A stretch of 64,000 nt of DNA from Octopus sinensis (Eukaryota), in the NCBI RefSeq assembly GCF_006345805.1, contig NW_021837030.1, forward strand, positions 1-64,000, in the 5' to 3' direction. This document shows positions 1 to 12,774 of the stretch, piece by piece. Position numbers and translations under genes: made by a program. Under the pieces are notes generated by a model, which was not told the origin of the DNA, did no database searches, and was given only the letters and a program-made list of their open reading frames with translations. Positions within the stretch are counted from its first letter, which is position 1. Each line of letters opens with the position of its first letter.

Positions 1-329
1 TAATAATATTTAATTTTATTTATTTTCTTTGTTTTATTGTATGATTTTAATCTTACACAAATTTTTAAAGAGTCCTTGTATAACCATCCTTTTCATATGT
101 ATATATATATATATATATCTATATATATATATAGTATATATATATATATATATATATTGTTCCTCTTACGCACGCACACGCATGCACACGCAGACACACG
201 GTGTTTCGCGCAATTGTCTTAACGTTGTATATTTGATAAGCATGAATGAATTTTATAATAGTGTTCTGAATGCCGAACAAATGAAGAAATTTAATCGATG
301 GCTTTGTTCCAAAATTTGAAACAATTGTT

Positions 330-363
<34 letters not shown>

Positions 364-402
364 ACATCATCAACATCATCATCATCATTATTATTATTAT
401 AA

Positions 403-1014
403 TTGTTCAACATTTGCTAGTAGTCAGGCAAATATCTTCGGTATCACCTGCTACACCTCCGTGTTGCTGGGTTGTCTTCTTTTCTTTTCTTTGGAGTGTG
501 CAAACACTTCCCGGTATTGTATTGCGTCATTTTTTTTCTTTTGAGGTGCGGTGCAGTCTTTTATTGTATTATCGTTTGTATTGTGTTGCGTTGGTTGAGT
601 AGATTACTGGTGAAAGTTTATTTCATTGGATAACTGCTGTATAGAGTGCCTTGTGCTTTGGGATTACTTTATTTGGGTACCATTATTGAATTGATAATGT
701 CTTGTGTACTATGTGGGCTATTTCTAGCAGGGATTTTTGGGTGGTGGGGGATAGTCTGTAGTGTTGAGGATCCGGTTCTAATTTCTAAATTTTTGTTCAT
801 ATGCTTTTTTCATGCCCAATGCTCCAATTATTATTAATATTGTTTTTACCTCCATACCCCACATCTTGAATACCTCAACTTCGAAGTCTTTGTACTTTGA
901 CTATTTCTCCACTAGTTTTTGGACATTATTTTGATCAGAAGAGACGGCAATTTCTAGCAGTAAATTACTGGGTTTTTTTCCCCAATCCTAGATTATTATG
1001 TCTAGACGATTAGC
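403..1014 (-). mobile_element. 3' fragment of an R4/Dong-type non-LTR retrotransposon (restriction-like endonuclease domain plus 3' UTR), decayed
   Basis: The minus strand reads ANRLDII...LLEIAVSSD..VEK*SKYKDFEVEVFKMWGMEVKTILIIIGALG...KNLE...IAHIVHKTLSIQ* (stop at 683-685, frameshifted). This matches the RLE C-terminus of R4-clade elements. Flanked by (ATT)n at 387-402 and 1018-1069. Confidence 0.75.
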
Positions 1015-1058
<44 letters not shown>

Positions 1059-1069
1059 TATTATTATTA

Positions 1070-1147
1070 CGGGGACGTAAACACACCAGCATCGGTTATC
1101 AAGCGATGCTGGGGGTACTAACACAGGCACACAAATACACACACACA

Positions 1148-1192
<45 letters not shown>

Positions 1193-1314
1193 CGACGGGT
1201 TTCTTTCAGTTTCCGTTTACCAAATCCAATCACAAGTCTTTGGTCGACACGAGGCTATAGTAGAAGACACTTGCCCAAGGTGCCACGCAGTGGGACTGAA
1301 ACCGGAATCATGTG
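1070..1314 (-). mobile_element. SINE family A, partial
   Basis: Reverse complement of the family-A head and mid-section (gcaccttgggcaagtgtcttctactatagcc...), with an internal (CA)n(TA)n tract. Confidence 0.9.
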
Positions 1315-1571
1315 ATTCATACATCACAATGAATTTTGAAAAATTCGTTAGCTTGCTTTCCTCGATTTCAGCAGAATGTGTATTCATGGTGATGTATATC
1401 GTATGTGGGGATTGACGATTTAAAGGCTATTTCTCAGCATATTGGCATAGAAATTTTTTCTTTTGCCCTTATTTGTAACTGTCTATAATTTTCACCTTTA
1501 AAGGTATATTAATATGCTGGCCACTTGATGATATTTTGGGAAAAAATGTTATCCTATATTACAAGAACATA

Positions 1572-1963
<392 letters not shown>

Positions 1964-2481
1964 ACAGCATTACACATCCGCATTCAAAACGGGGGATATC
2001 TGAAACGTCCTTAAACGTAACTACAGCCAATTGTTTAACTGTTAACTCAAATGTTTTTATATAACGTGTAGGGAAATGTGAAATAAATAGAAAAAGTCCT
2101 ACAAGTTTATTAAAATCTATGGCTATCAGTATGACTGATGTTTTTGTCAGTTTTGTTTGCCTTCACCGCTTCACCACTCAAATTCATACAAGAGAGCGTG
2201 GAATCCTTTAGCTCAAAGGGATCTAAATACTTGGTTTCAATATCCGCTCGTAAAATGACACCCTACTGTTCTAGAAGGGTCTATGGATGTAGATTCTGGT
2301 TCCTTTGTTCAGTTGCTGTTTAGCTGCAGCGACGGAAATGTTTATTCAAAATTCTAACGGCTGCGCAGCTGGAGTGCTGTACACCGCTTGGAGGGTGGAC
2401 ATAATTAATGCGAGTATCACTATGTAAACGTGTCTGTGCGTGTGTGTATACATATGTATGAATCTATGTGTGTATGTATGC

Positions 2482-2522
<41 letters not shown>

Positions 2523-2542
2523 TATATGTATATATATATATA

Positions 2543-2609
<67 letters not shown>

Positions 2610-3286
2610 ATATAATATATATACACACATATATATACATGTGTATATATACATGTATATATACATATATATATACACATATATATACATGTATATATAC
2701 ATATATATATACATATATATATACATATATATACATATATAAATATGCCTATTTTTGTATGTATATGCGCATAAATATAAATGTATGTATATCTATACCT
2801 AATTGTAAACGGAGTATATGTCTGTGTGTGTTTGTAGATAGATAGATAAATAGATAGAACAGATAGAGAGAGATATGTGTACATACATAGATTCAGATAT
2901 TTTAAAGCATATGTATGTATGTGTCTATGTGTACGCATTTGGTTTGTGCATGGGTTTGAGAATTTGTGTGCATGTACGTCTGTGCGTGCCTAGGAGCGTG
3001 TCCGCTTGTATGGATGGATGATTGGTTGGATGGATGGATGGATGGATGGATGGATGGATATGAATATAGACTATACATCCATCCATACAATTCGAAAAGT
3101 ACTTGCATACACACACGCGCGCACGCACGCGCGCTCACTGTCACACACACTCACACCCGCACATACACACGTGTATGTGTGTAAGTGTGAACATGTGTAA
3201 GAAGCTTACAAATGAAACGCAAGCATGTAAATACATCAAATGAACACAGTCACGTTATCTAGAAAAATTATTTATGTACACACACC

Positions 3287-3319
<33 letters not shown>

Positions 3320-3321
<2 letters not shown>

Positions 3322-3715
3322 TAGCAGTATCGCCCGGCGTTGCTCGGGTTGTAAGGGAAATAAATATATAAGCATTTTTAGAGAGTTATAGCCAAAAAAT
3401 AGCAAAGAAATGCATTAAAAATTGAAGAAAAATTAAGGTAAATTTTTTTTTAAATCGTTGACACATCGTAGATATTGTTAGAGAGTTACTTCCCTTATAT
3501 AAAAGCGAAAAAATGCATTAAAATGGAAAAATATGATGGTAATTTTTTTTTAAATCGTAGACTCATCGTAGACGCACGCTAATACCCAGAAGGGCTCGAT
3601 ATGAATCACGACTATAAGATACCCGCTTTTGGTTAAACTGCACCGCAAAATGTGGGAGTAGTTAGGAATCTAAATCGTAGGAGACAGACACACAACTTCA
3701 CTCTTATATAAAGAT
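3320..3715 (+). mobile_element. Non-autonomous Helitron/Helentron-like element, copy 1
   Basis: Starts ACTAGCAGTATCGCCCGGCGTTGCTCGGG and ends cacacaacttcactcttatataaagat. No TIR or TSD seen. Has an internal duplication of about 105 bp. A second, inverted copy lies at 33100-33604. Confidence 0.65.
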
Positions 3716-4369
3716 GCTTTTTTTTTCAGTCATAGAGTTAGATTTATGAAGGTCTTCAGTAGAAAATCCTTCGAATTCTGACTCGCTGCTTGATATAATG
3801 AAATTCGTATCCATTTTTTGTCAGAATTACAAAATTGAAAACACAATAGGAACAAATTTCGGAAAAAAATCTCCCATAATTCACGGAATTAAAATTACAC
3901 TTCGATTTTTGTACAAAACTGTAGTTGAAGTGTTTACGAAGTATAATACGTGTTTTCACGAATGTACTAAAGAGATTTGCTCTGATATTCTCATTTAAAT
4001 ATGAATAGGTAAATTCGGGCGGCTTGGTAACTATATATAAGTGTCGTCTGTTTATACATAAACACTGTTTCATACTGCAATTATATATACATATATCTAT
4101 ATATAATATTATATAATAAAAGATATACAGAGTAAAAAAAACCAATTTACCTTTTCTGTCCGTCCGTGTGTCTTTGCAAATGTGTTGGAATGATAAGTGA
4201 GTTGAGTTTTGGCGCCTTTTTTACTAATAACACACACACGTGTTTGTATGTAGTTGTATGTGTATGTAGTTGTATGTAGTTGTATATGTATGTGTATGCG
4301 TGTGTGTGAGGAATGACACACACACACTCACGCACGCACACATGTACATCAATGCTTTCGGAGTGATAT

Positions 4370-4872
4370 GTTAAAATATTGAGTTTTCTCGAATTTTGTC
4401 TTAATTGGTGGTAAAATTGAAAGAAATTTTTATGGCATCACCACTGAAGTACTCTGAAAAATCTTAGGTAAATTCTAATTGAAGAAATTGTGTGAGGAGA
4501 AATGGTTATGTATTTATGTTTCTGTTTGCTGTGTTTTTTATTTTTTGAGTAGTGGTTTAAATACTTTCAGTTTAGTCTTCCTCAAATCACTCTGTCGCTA
4601 TTTACTTTCATTTTATTCGTTGCCCACTGTGTGTGTGCGTTTGCGTGTGGTGTAAACCAGACTAAGAAAAGCATTTGACACACACACCAGAATGTGAGTT
4701 TTCTGTAAATTTTGCTTAATTGGAGTTTAAATTTTAAAAACTGGACCTGGCATGACGCGATGCATTGTACTCTTAAAAATGCTAGGTAAATTGTAATTGA
4801 AGAAATCCTATATTGTAGATTTGTATAACTCCCAAAGGGAGGCAGATAAAATCTGCCTTTTATAATAAGATA
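4370..4872 (+). mobile_element. Probable Helitron-like non-autonomous element (3' end)
   Basis: Duplicated internal block (gtactct..aaaaat..taggtaaatt.taattgaagaaat at about 4450 and 4770). Terminal hairpin aggcagat-aaa-atctgcct at 4840-4858 followed by tttataataagat. Confidence 0.4.
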
Positions 4873-5212
4873 TATATATATATATATTGAAGAAATACGT
4901 GATACACCTGTCCACTCTATGCAGTTCAACCGATTACCGCTCTGATAGAGCTTCAGGAATATGAATTTCTATATATTTATAAGTTTTCGTATATATATGT
5001 GTATTTATAAATTCTTGGAAAATGTTTTTATATATCGTATAGATGAACGCATCTATGTATGCATTTTGTATACCATGTAGAACTTCGTTAATATGGATTG
5101 AATGAATATATACTTCGGCCTTTGAATTTGTTTTCTCCTCTCCTTGATTTTATATATATATAATACATTTAATATAATACATATATATTATATATATATA
5201 TATATATAATAT

Positions 5213-5256
<44 letters not shown>

Positions 5257-5265
5257 TAGAGATAT

Positions 5266-5300
<35 letters not shown>

Positions 5301-5334
5301 AAGTGAGAGAGATGTGGTGTGTGTGTGTGTGTTC

Positions 5335-5638
5335 AAGTGACCTGGCTTAGTGGTTAGGGTATTCGGCTCATGATTCTAAGGACTTTAGTTCGATTCCCGG
5401 TGGCGCGATCTTTGAGTTATGCGAGACGCTTTATTTCACGTTAGCCCTGTTCACTCAGCTGGCATAAATAAGTTGTACTTGTATTTCAAACGGCCAGCCT
5501 TGTCACATTCTGTGTCACGCTGAATCTCCCCGAGAACTACGTTAAGGGTACACATGTCTGTGGAGTGCTCAGCCATTTGCACATTAATTGCACGAACAGA
5601 TTGTTCCGTAGATCGGATCAACTGGAACACTCGTCGTT
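5335..5638 (+). mobile_element. tRNA-derived SINE with CORE-like domain and the C1 tail (F-head/C1-tail hybrid)
   Basis: A box tggcttagtggtt and B box agttcgattcc. CORE-like ctttatttcacgtt..gttcactcagctgg. The 3' part matches the tail of the SINE at 12384-12774. Confidence 0.85.
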
Positions 5639-5651
5639 CTTTTGTCCTTCT

Positions 5652-5726
5652 TTACGTTCTGAGTTCAAATTCCGCTGAAGTCGATTTTGCCGTTCATACC
5701 TCTTGGGATCGATAAAAAAAGTACCA
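5652..5726 (+). mobile_element. SINE family B fragment
   Basis: ttctgagttcaaattccgc..gtcgattttgcc.ttcat.cc..tgggatcgataaa..gtacc. Confidence 0.75.
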
Positions 5727-7289
5727 TTGAAAAACAATTTTGATGTACGTGTCTTCCACGTTGTTCCCGTTTTCTCGGCGTGGATTTGCATGACTATGAA
5801 AAGAAGTTTTGATCTGTGTGAAAATGCAAACTAATTATCATGTCCGGTTGTGCTTTAAGAGCATTGATTCTTAAGTTGACTGTGAAAACCAAGCCGTTCG
5901 CTGCTGGATAAGTTACCGTACATGCTCGAGTGCAGTGTAGCAGTCATGCTACTTCCTCGAATGAGATTGAAGCTGTCGCTTCCTCTTAGTCGTATATAAT
6001 TAGTTTTGTTCTGTATCTGGGAAATTTAGTGATGGTTAAATGCTTTGGCATCTATTCCTGCTGTATAGTCGGCTAGTGGAACAGACCCTAGATCTGCTGT
6101 AATTGTTTGGACAGGCGAACAAATTAATAGTTCAAGTGGTTCTACAAGATCGATGTAGAACCACGTGTTCAAATATTGTGTCTGGCGAAGCAAACTTGCC
6201 CAAAGGTGATATGACATGGTAGAATTTTGCAGTTTCTTAGTCACATCCGAGAGTTGAAGTTGATACTAGCTTAAATAAAGACTGCCGATATTAATTTGCA
6301 TGTTGCGAGCGTACCTGGACGATATAAATGGAGTGGCGAATCGAAAACTGAGAATCAGTAATTTTCAGATATATAAAGACGTTCTTTATCTTTAGGACAT
6401 ATTACACAAGATGTACTCATTTAAAGACGTAATTAACATTTTCTGAATAATTAACGAAGCTAACGAATTTCATAGCTTTAGAAATCTTTCGTTGTTTCCG
6501 TGAAGTATTCTAAACTGTGATCTGTGCTGTTTATTCTAAACTGATAAAAGCAAACGAGTAGCGCGTTGACACTGCTTCGGGATAGTTTGTCCGCGGCTGT
6601 ATTTTTACCATCTTTTAATATGTTAACATCAATAGCGAACTGCGATACGTAATCCAGATGAACGAAGTCTGCAGGTAAATGCCATTTTGGTTATCATTAT
6701 AGCAAACATTAACGGTTTATGGTGTGTGTAAATTGTAAAATTCCGGTCTTTAATTGGCAAAAATGTTTTCCGCCTTAGTAAGCCGCCAACAATTCGCTGC
6801 TTCAAATACTATATTTGGTTTCGTATGTTTATTGACTCCAAGAGAAGGAGAACGCTTTCCATTTTCATTCTATCTCTTGTTACGGAGGATCTTCTATCGT
6901 TATATCCGATGCCTCTGTCAATAAATACAGAGGCTCAGTGAACCAGAAGAGTAGTTCCGTCCAATTTTTTATTTATTTAATGTTTTAGAAAGACTGCCAT
7001 TCAATTGTCTCCAAATTGATAGTGTAATTGTTTCTTTTATTTGTGCGGAAAGGTCAAGGATTGGGTAATTTGTGCGCAATAAGAAATGAATATACGGTAA
7101 AAGAAAAAAAACATAATCAGGCAAAGAAAGTCTCTTTCATTTACATGAAGAAGCGGTGCTCGAAACTTTGTCAGTAGTATGTATCCACTATCAGCTGCTT
7201 GCTAAAACGAAATCCCTCTCAACCGATAGAGGAAAATAGGCTTGAATAATTACTGATATCGCGATCAGCCCTTCGTTTGACTTTTTCAT

Positions 7290-9445
7290 TCGCTCATGAA
7301 AGGAGATGATAACATTCAACATCTTGTTTGGCATATCAATCATTTTCACAACTTGCCAGTTAACAGTATCAAAGCCCTAAGTAAGGTCAACAAATATCAA
7401 GAACAACTCTTGATTTTTCTCACATACATTCTCCATGACCTGTCGGGGGGGGGGAAAGAGCATGTCGATATTACCACGGTCAGAGCGATATCCGTACTGG
7501 GATTCTGGATAGATATCATTTACAACGTGTTTGATGATCCTGTCAAGAACGAGTCGAGCAAGAATCTTACCAGCAATAGACAGAAGCGATATCCCACGAC
7601 GATTATCACAGACGCTTCTGTTTCCTTTGTTCTCATAAAGATGTTGAATTGCGGCATCCTTGAATTCCTGTATTACATGGCGGCCTACCATCCAAATGTT
7701 TATGAAGAAGTCGTGCAGTTTCTTAAAAAGCTTCAGTCCACCACGTAGACTGCTGGAGGGATCGCATCTCTCTCAGGTGCTTTACCAGAAGACATCTTTT
7801 CAATAGAATTTACTACTTCCAAGAAAGTTGGTTCCTAAAACAGTTCCGGTATTTCAGTGTGCTGTAGAGCAGACATTGTGACGTCATCATTGGTGACTGG
7901 GGTGGAGATCAATACAGCGTGAAAGTGATCTTTCCATCGTTTCAGGATGTCAGATTTGCCAATCAGCAGTGTGTCTCTATTCGATGAAGAAACAGGAGTA
8001 GCACCGTGCTCTTGAGGACCATACACTTTCTTGATGCCATCATAAAAGGTTTTGGAATCCTTTATGTCTGCAGCTTCTTGGAGTTCAGTAGCCTTGAAAG
8101 ACCATCAAGCCTCCTCCTTCATCTGTTTCAGAGCCAACCTCTCGAAAGAGCTGTTCTTCACTCCTGCTCCAGAGCGTCGGCTGCGGGGTCATTCCGAAAA
8201 GCTCTACCTGCGACGATTTCATCTCAATCGAAGGAGAGGAGCTTTCTCCGTCCGGGTTGCGGATCCGTGGAACAAGCTGCCAGACGAGATGGTGAAGATG
8301 CCGACGACCGCTTTGTTCAAAGCCTCCCTTGACCTCAAGTGGCCTGAACTCTTTACATGAACACCACCCTGTACTTAACTCCATGTCCCCCTACATGGCC
8401 TTGCTATTTGCTTTTGAGCCAAATTAACTAACTAACATAACTAACTATGTGGAACCTGGCCTCTGCATTTCTTGTAGGCATTCTCTTTTCTGGATGAGCT
8501 CTTATCGTTTATCAAAGTTTTGTGAGAGCTGTGCATTCTACCTATCAACTGTTGCTATCGTTGAACCAATCTTGATGTTTACGAACAGGAATTTCAAGAA
8601 CCTCTACAGATGCAGAGTGTGTTGCATCACGCAGAGCCTTCCAAGATGATTCTATGTCATCATTGATATCAACAGTGTTGAGTGCAGTGTTCAACTTGAA
8701 AGAGAGCTCAGCCTGCTCTTCAACAGTTTTCAAAGGCAGAACATTAATGAGCTTAGGCACTGATGACTTTTGTAGTTTTGTGTGATTCAGATGAAACGTA
8801 GCCTTAGTTACGGAGAAGAGAATGGTCAGAGAGATAACAGATGTTATGAAAGGAATGTATAATGTTAAAGTCCCTAATATCTCGTTTCTTAGTGATAACA
8901 TAGTATATGAGATGCCAATCCTTAGATCTAGAATGCATCCAGGTCGTCTTGCAACAATTTCGCTGTTGAAAAAATTATTTGTGATGCTTAGAGTGAATTT
9001 CTAAATAGGGAGAGTACACGCAGGCCGCTGGAGTTCATTCGACCTACACCCTGACGACCAAGTACACCCTCTCATGCCTGATAGTCAGTGCCAATACGTG
9101 CGTTAAAGTCGCCCATAAGGATAAGTTTATCCTTATGGTGACAACTGGAGATGACTTCACGGAGCTGGTTGTAAACTTCATCCTTTTCCTGCTCAGTGAT
9201 GCCCAAGGTTGAGGCATAACAACTGACAAGCCTAGCACGTATGTTGTGATCAAGTTCCAACGTTAGTGTCATGATGCGATCAGAAAAAACTATGGATAGA
9301 GAAAGAAGGGATCCTGCTATTTCTGTTTTGATGGCAAAACCAGCAGCAGAGTGGCATGTCTCGTCTTCGTTTCTTCCACACAATAAAAATATGTATCCAC
9401 CTTTACAAATTTCCTCAAAACAACTTGTCTGACCGTCCCATAGAG
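7290..9445 (-). mobile_element. RTE-clade LINE (AP endonuclease plus N-terminal RT), decayed and 3'-truncated
   Basis: 9072-9383 gives APE motifs (SDRIMTL, LVSCYASTL, LMGDFNARIG). 8545-8901 gives RKHQDWF. 7377-7691 gives RT motifs (RGISLLSIAGKILAR, PESQYGYRSDRG, FLIFVDLT). Multiple stops and frameshifts. Confidence 0.9.
8135..8447 (+). mobile_element. CR1/L2-type LINE 3' end nested in the RTE
   Basis: RLRGHSEKL...RRGAFSVRVADPWNKLPDEMV...FKASLD is the CR1-type ORF2 C-terminus. It is followed by a short 3' UTR and a (TAAC)n tail at 8425-8447. Confidence 0.85.
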
Positions 9446-9619
9446 CCTCCCTTTGAGAAACACTGATTTAACCTAAATTTGAGACACCAAACAGGCCGGC
9501 TTATTTTGCGCACACTGCACGTGCATTTTTCTCAGCTGATGTACTTGCGCGTACAAATGCACGTTCCCACGGATTTATCGATCGCATTCTCACCTGGAAT
9601 CGATTTTTGTAATTTTTTT

Positions 9620-9765
9620 CAAGACTTATACACACCCTGATACCGTCGGTATCTACATATCAATTTTGAGCGCAATCGGATGGAGGATGCCCGAGATCCT
9701 AGAAGACACACACACTGACAGACAGAACGAATTTTATATAATATATATATATATACACAGAGGTT
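9620..9765 (+). mobile_element. Helitron/HINE-like 3' end
   Basis: ctacatatcaattttgagcgcaatcggatg...acacacactgacagacagaacgaattttatataata resembles DINE-1-like termini. Confidence 0.4.
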
Positions 9766-10698
9766 AATGACTCCATACTTCATAACTGTACACGTGTAAA
9801 GCTGTATCAGTGTGCCGTGTGTCATTAACCTAAGCAACAAGAAGATTAAAACATTTAAATTTTAAATATGTCTACGAATTTCACATCTAGAATACGAAAA
9901 ACAACACTGGAAGATATAAGTATTGTTGAACGCCTGCTGTGTAAAATATTGCAATTTCCGCTCTAGACATCTCGTATTTCTAATTAAACGAAGCAGACAA
10001 TTTGTATTGTTTGTTGTTGTGTTTTTTTCTTATTGTTTACTCTTTTTTTTTTTAAGCTTTTACAAATGCCAATAACCGATTACACAGTGTATTATATGAA
10101 CAAGAACCTAAGTTATTATAAAAGATTTCTGTTTCGAAATATTAACAAGATAAGCAATTCAGATAAATAAAGCTGCAAATACTTCAAGTTCTATATATTA
10201 TCATTGTGTAGTTTGGTTTGGCTTTGTTTTTGTTTTGTTTTTCTATGTATCACAACAGTTTTGTTGGGTAAACGTTGCTAATGAGGCAAATGGGTTGCTA
10301 CTTTCCTAGAGGGTGATGTTGGAAAGAAAAACAACCTTTGAGAGAGTCATGGCAAAGAAAATAATATTGAAAACTACTTCACCTAAAGAGCATCGGTTAT
10401 TTAGTTTACATCGGCTAAGGATATATATATATATATAATATATAAATATATTATATATATATATATATACACAATGACCTCGAACCCACAAGAGTAAACA
10501 AGAGAAACAGAGACAGGCAGAGACAAGGAAAATGACACTTATATTTGAACACTATACAAATATTCTTTTTAAAAAACTTTCTTTTAATTTTTCTAATTTA
10601 ATTATTTCATTGTTACAGTTGAAAAAGTCTCAATGGCTGAAACCGGTACTGAAATGTTCTTTTATAAAAAAATTTAGCATTTTCTATCCTGACTTGTT

Positions 10699-10750
<52 letters not shown>

Positions 10751-10756
10751 TATATA

Positions 10757-11143
10757 TCTTTTACTTGTTCACAGTATTTGACTGTGGCCATGCTGGAGTA
10801 CCGCCTTTTAGGCGAGCAAATGTAAGCCTGGTACTTATTCTATCGGTCTCTTTTGCCGAACCGCTAAGTTACGGGGACGTAAACACACCAGCATCGGTTG
10901 TCAAGCGATGATGGGGGAGACAAACACAGACACACAAACATATACTACGCATACACAATACATATATGTATACATATATACGGCGGGCTTCTTTCAGTTT
11001 CCATCTACCAAATCCTCTCACAAGGCTTTGGTCGGCTCGAGGCTATAGCAGAAGACACTTGCCCAAGATGCCACGCAGTGGGACTGAACCCGGAACCATG
11101 TGGTTGGTTAGCAAGCTACTTACCACACAGCCACTCCTGCGCC
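10757..11143 (-). mobile_element. SINE family A, near full length
   Basis: Reverse complement from ggcgcaggagtggctgtgtggtaag to the aagtaaaaga tail. Confidence 0.95.
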
Positions 11144-11262
11144 TAGTATGTCTACACAAACATTAGATCACAATAAACAAATCGTCTCTGTGGTTGTTTG
11201 GTAAGAAATCGTCGAACCCTCATACGTCGTCTAACGACGGGAGAGTCCATGTGTGTGCTTGT

Positions 11263-11339
<77 letters not shown>

Positions 11340-11804
11340 GATAATGGTGATGATGATAATTGAAATGTAAAAATCCCTGGAAACGTTACTTACAACATTT
11401 CTAAAAAATAGCCATACAATTACTGCTTTGGCCAGGTCAAAATACAGTTCACTTGACATGCTCAATAAATCTTGACGCCTAATTCAATTAACTTAAGTAT
11501 TTTAGTAAAAGCCAGACACTGACTGGTCAGAATAGAGCTTGCAAAATTTAATATTCTGGAGCCTATACAAATGTATTTAAGGTACAGTCGTAAATTGCAA
11601 AACATAACTGTCACCACTACTATATGAACCTGAAGATTGCATAGATTAATGCATGAAAGTACTAGTTCAATCAGAATGGACATTTCATTATATTATATTA
11701 TATTATATCATATTATATTATATTATACTATCATAAGATTGTAAATAAAAACGTGAAAATCGGACAAAGTTGAAATTTCTTTGAGTATTATATATATATA
11801 TGTG

Positions 11805-11862
<58 letters not shown>

Positions 11863-12259
11863 GTGACTGGGTGTGTGGTAAAGAACTTGTTTCCCAACCA
11901 CATAGTTCTGGGTTCAGTCCCACTGCTTGACACTTTGGGCAAATGTCTTCTACTATAGCCTCGGGCCGACCAAAACCTTGTAAATGGATTTGGTAGATGG
12001 AAACTGAAAGAAGCCCGTCGTATATATACATATGTATATATCTATATGTGTGTGTGTCTTTGTGTCTGTGTTTGTCCTCCATCGTCGCTTGGCAATCAGT
12101 GTTGGTGTGTTTACGTCCCCTTAACTTTCGGCCAAATAGACCAATAGTATAAGCTTAAGAAATAAGTCTTGGGGTCGATTTGCTCGATTAAGACTTTCAA
12201 GGCGGTGCCCCAGTATGGTTGCTGTCAAATGACTGAAACAAGTAAAAGAATAAAAGAAT
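11863..12259 (+). mobile_element. SINE family A, near full length
   Basis: Head tgtgtggtaa..gggttcagtccc, internal (TA)(TG) tract, tail gaaacaagtaaaagaataaaagaa. Confidence 0.9.
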
Positions 12260-12266
12260 ATATATA

Positions 12267-12321
<55 letters not shown>

Positions 12322-12383
12322 GTGTGTGTGTTGTGTGTGGTGTGTGTGTGTGTATACATATATATATATATATATATATATAA

Positions 12384-12774
12384 GTGGAGGCGCAATGGCC
12401 CAGTGGTTAGGGCAGCGGACTCGCGGTCATAGGATCGCGGTTTCGATTCCCAGACCAGGCGTTGTGAGTGTTTATTGAGCGAAAACCCCTAAAAGCTCCA
12501 CGAGGCTACGGCAGGGGATGGTGTGATCCCTGCTGTACTCTTTCACCCACCCAACTTTCTCTCACTCTTACTTCCTGTTTCTGTCGTCGTACCTGTATTT
12601 CAAGGGGCCGGCCTTGTCACTCTCTGTGTCACGCTGAATATCCCCGAGAACTACGTTAAGGGTACACGTGTCTGTGGAGTGCTCAGCCACTTACACGTTA
12701 ATTTCACGAGCAGGCTGTTCCTGTTGATTCGGATCAACCAGAACCCTCATCGTCGTAACCGACGGAGTGCTTCC
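12384..12774 (+). mobile_element. tRNA-Arg(TCG)-like SINE family C, tail C1
   Basis: ggcgcaatggcccagtggttagggcagcggacTCGcggtcataggatcgcggtttcgattcc contains A and B boxes and a TCG anticodon-like position. Resembles the tRNA-Arg-derived octopus OR-type SINEs (recall, unverified). Confidence 0.9.

Noticed and set aside
2105-2275. Minus-strand stop-free frame (GVILRADIETKYLDPFELKD...) as a possible terminal exon
   Set aside because: Weak acceptor context, no recognisable homology, and a length expected by chance.
6136-6164. Hairpin as a miRNA precursor or terminator
   Set aside because: The 11-bp stem is too short for a pre-miRNA, and there is no prokaryotic context or U-tract.
7296-7748. 150-aa plus-strand ORF
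   Set aside because: It is the antisense shadow of the RTE reverse-transcriptase region.
12384-12460. tRNA-Arg gene
   Set aside because: A and B boxes are present, but the acceptor stem does not close and the sequence continues into a multicopy SINE body. The same applies to the other heads.
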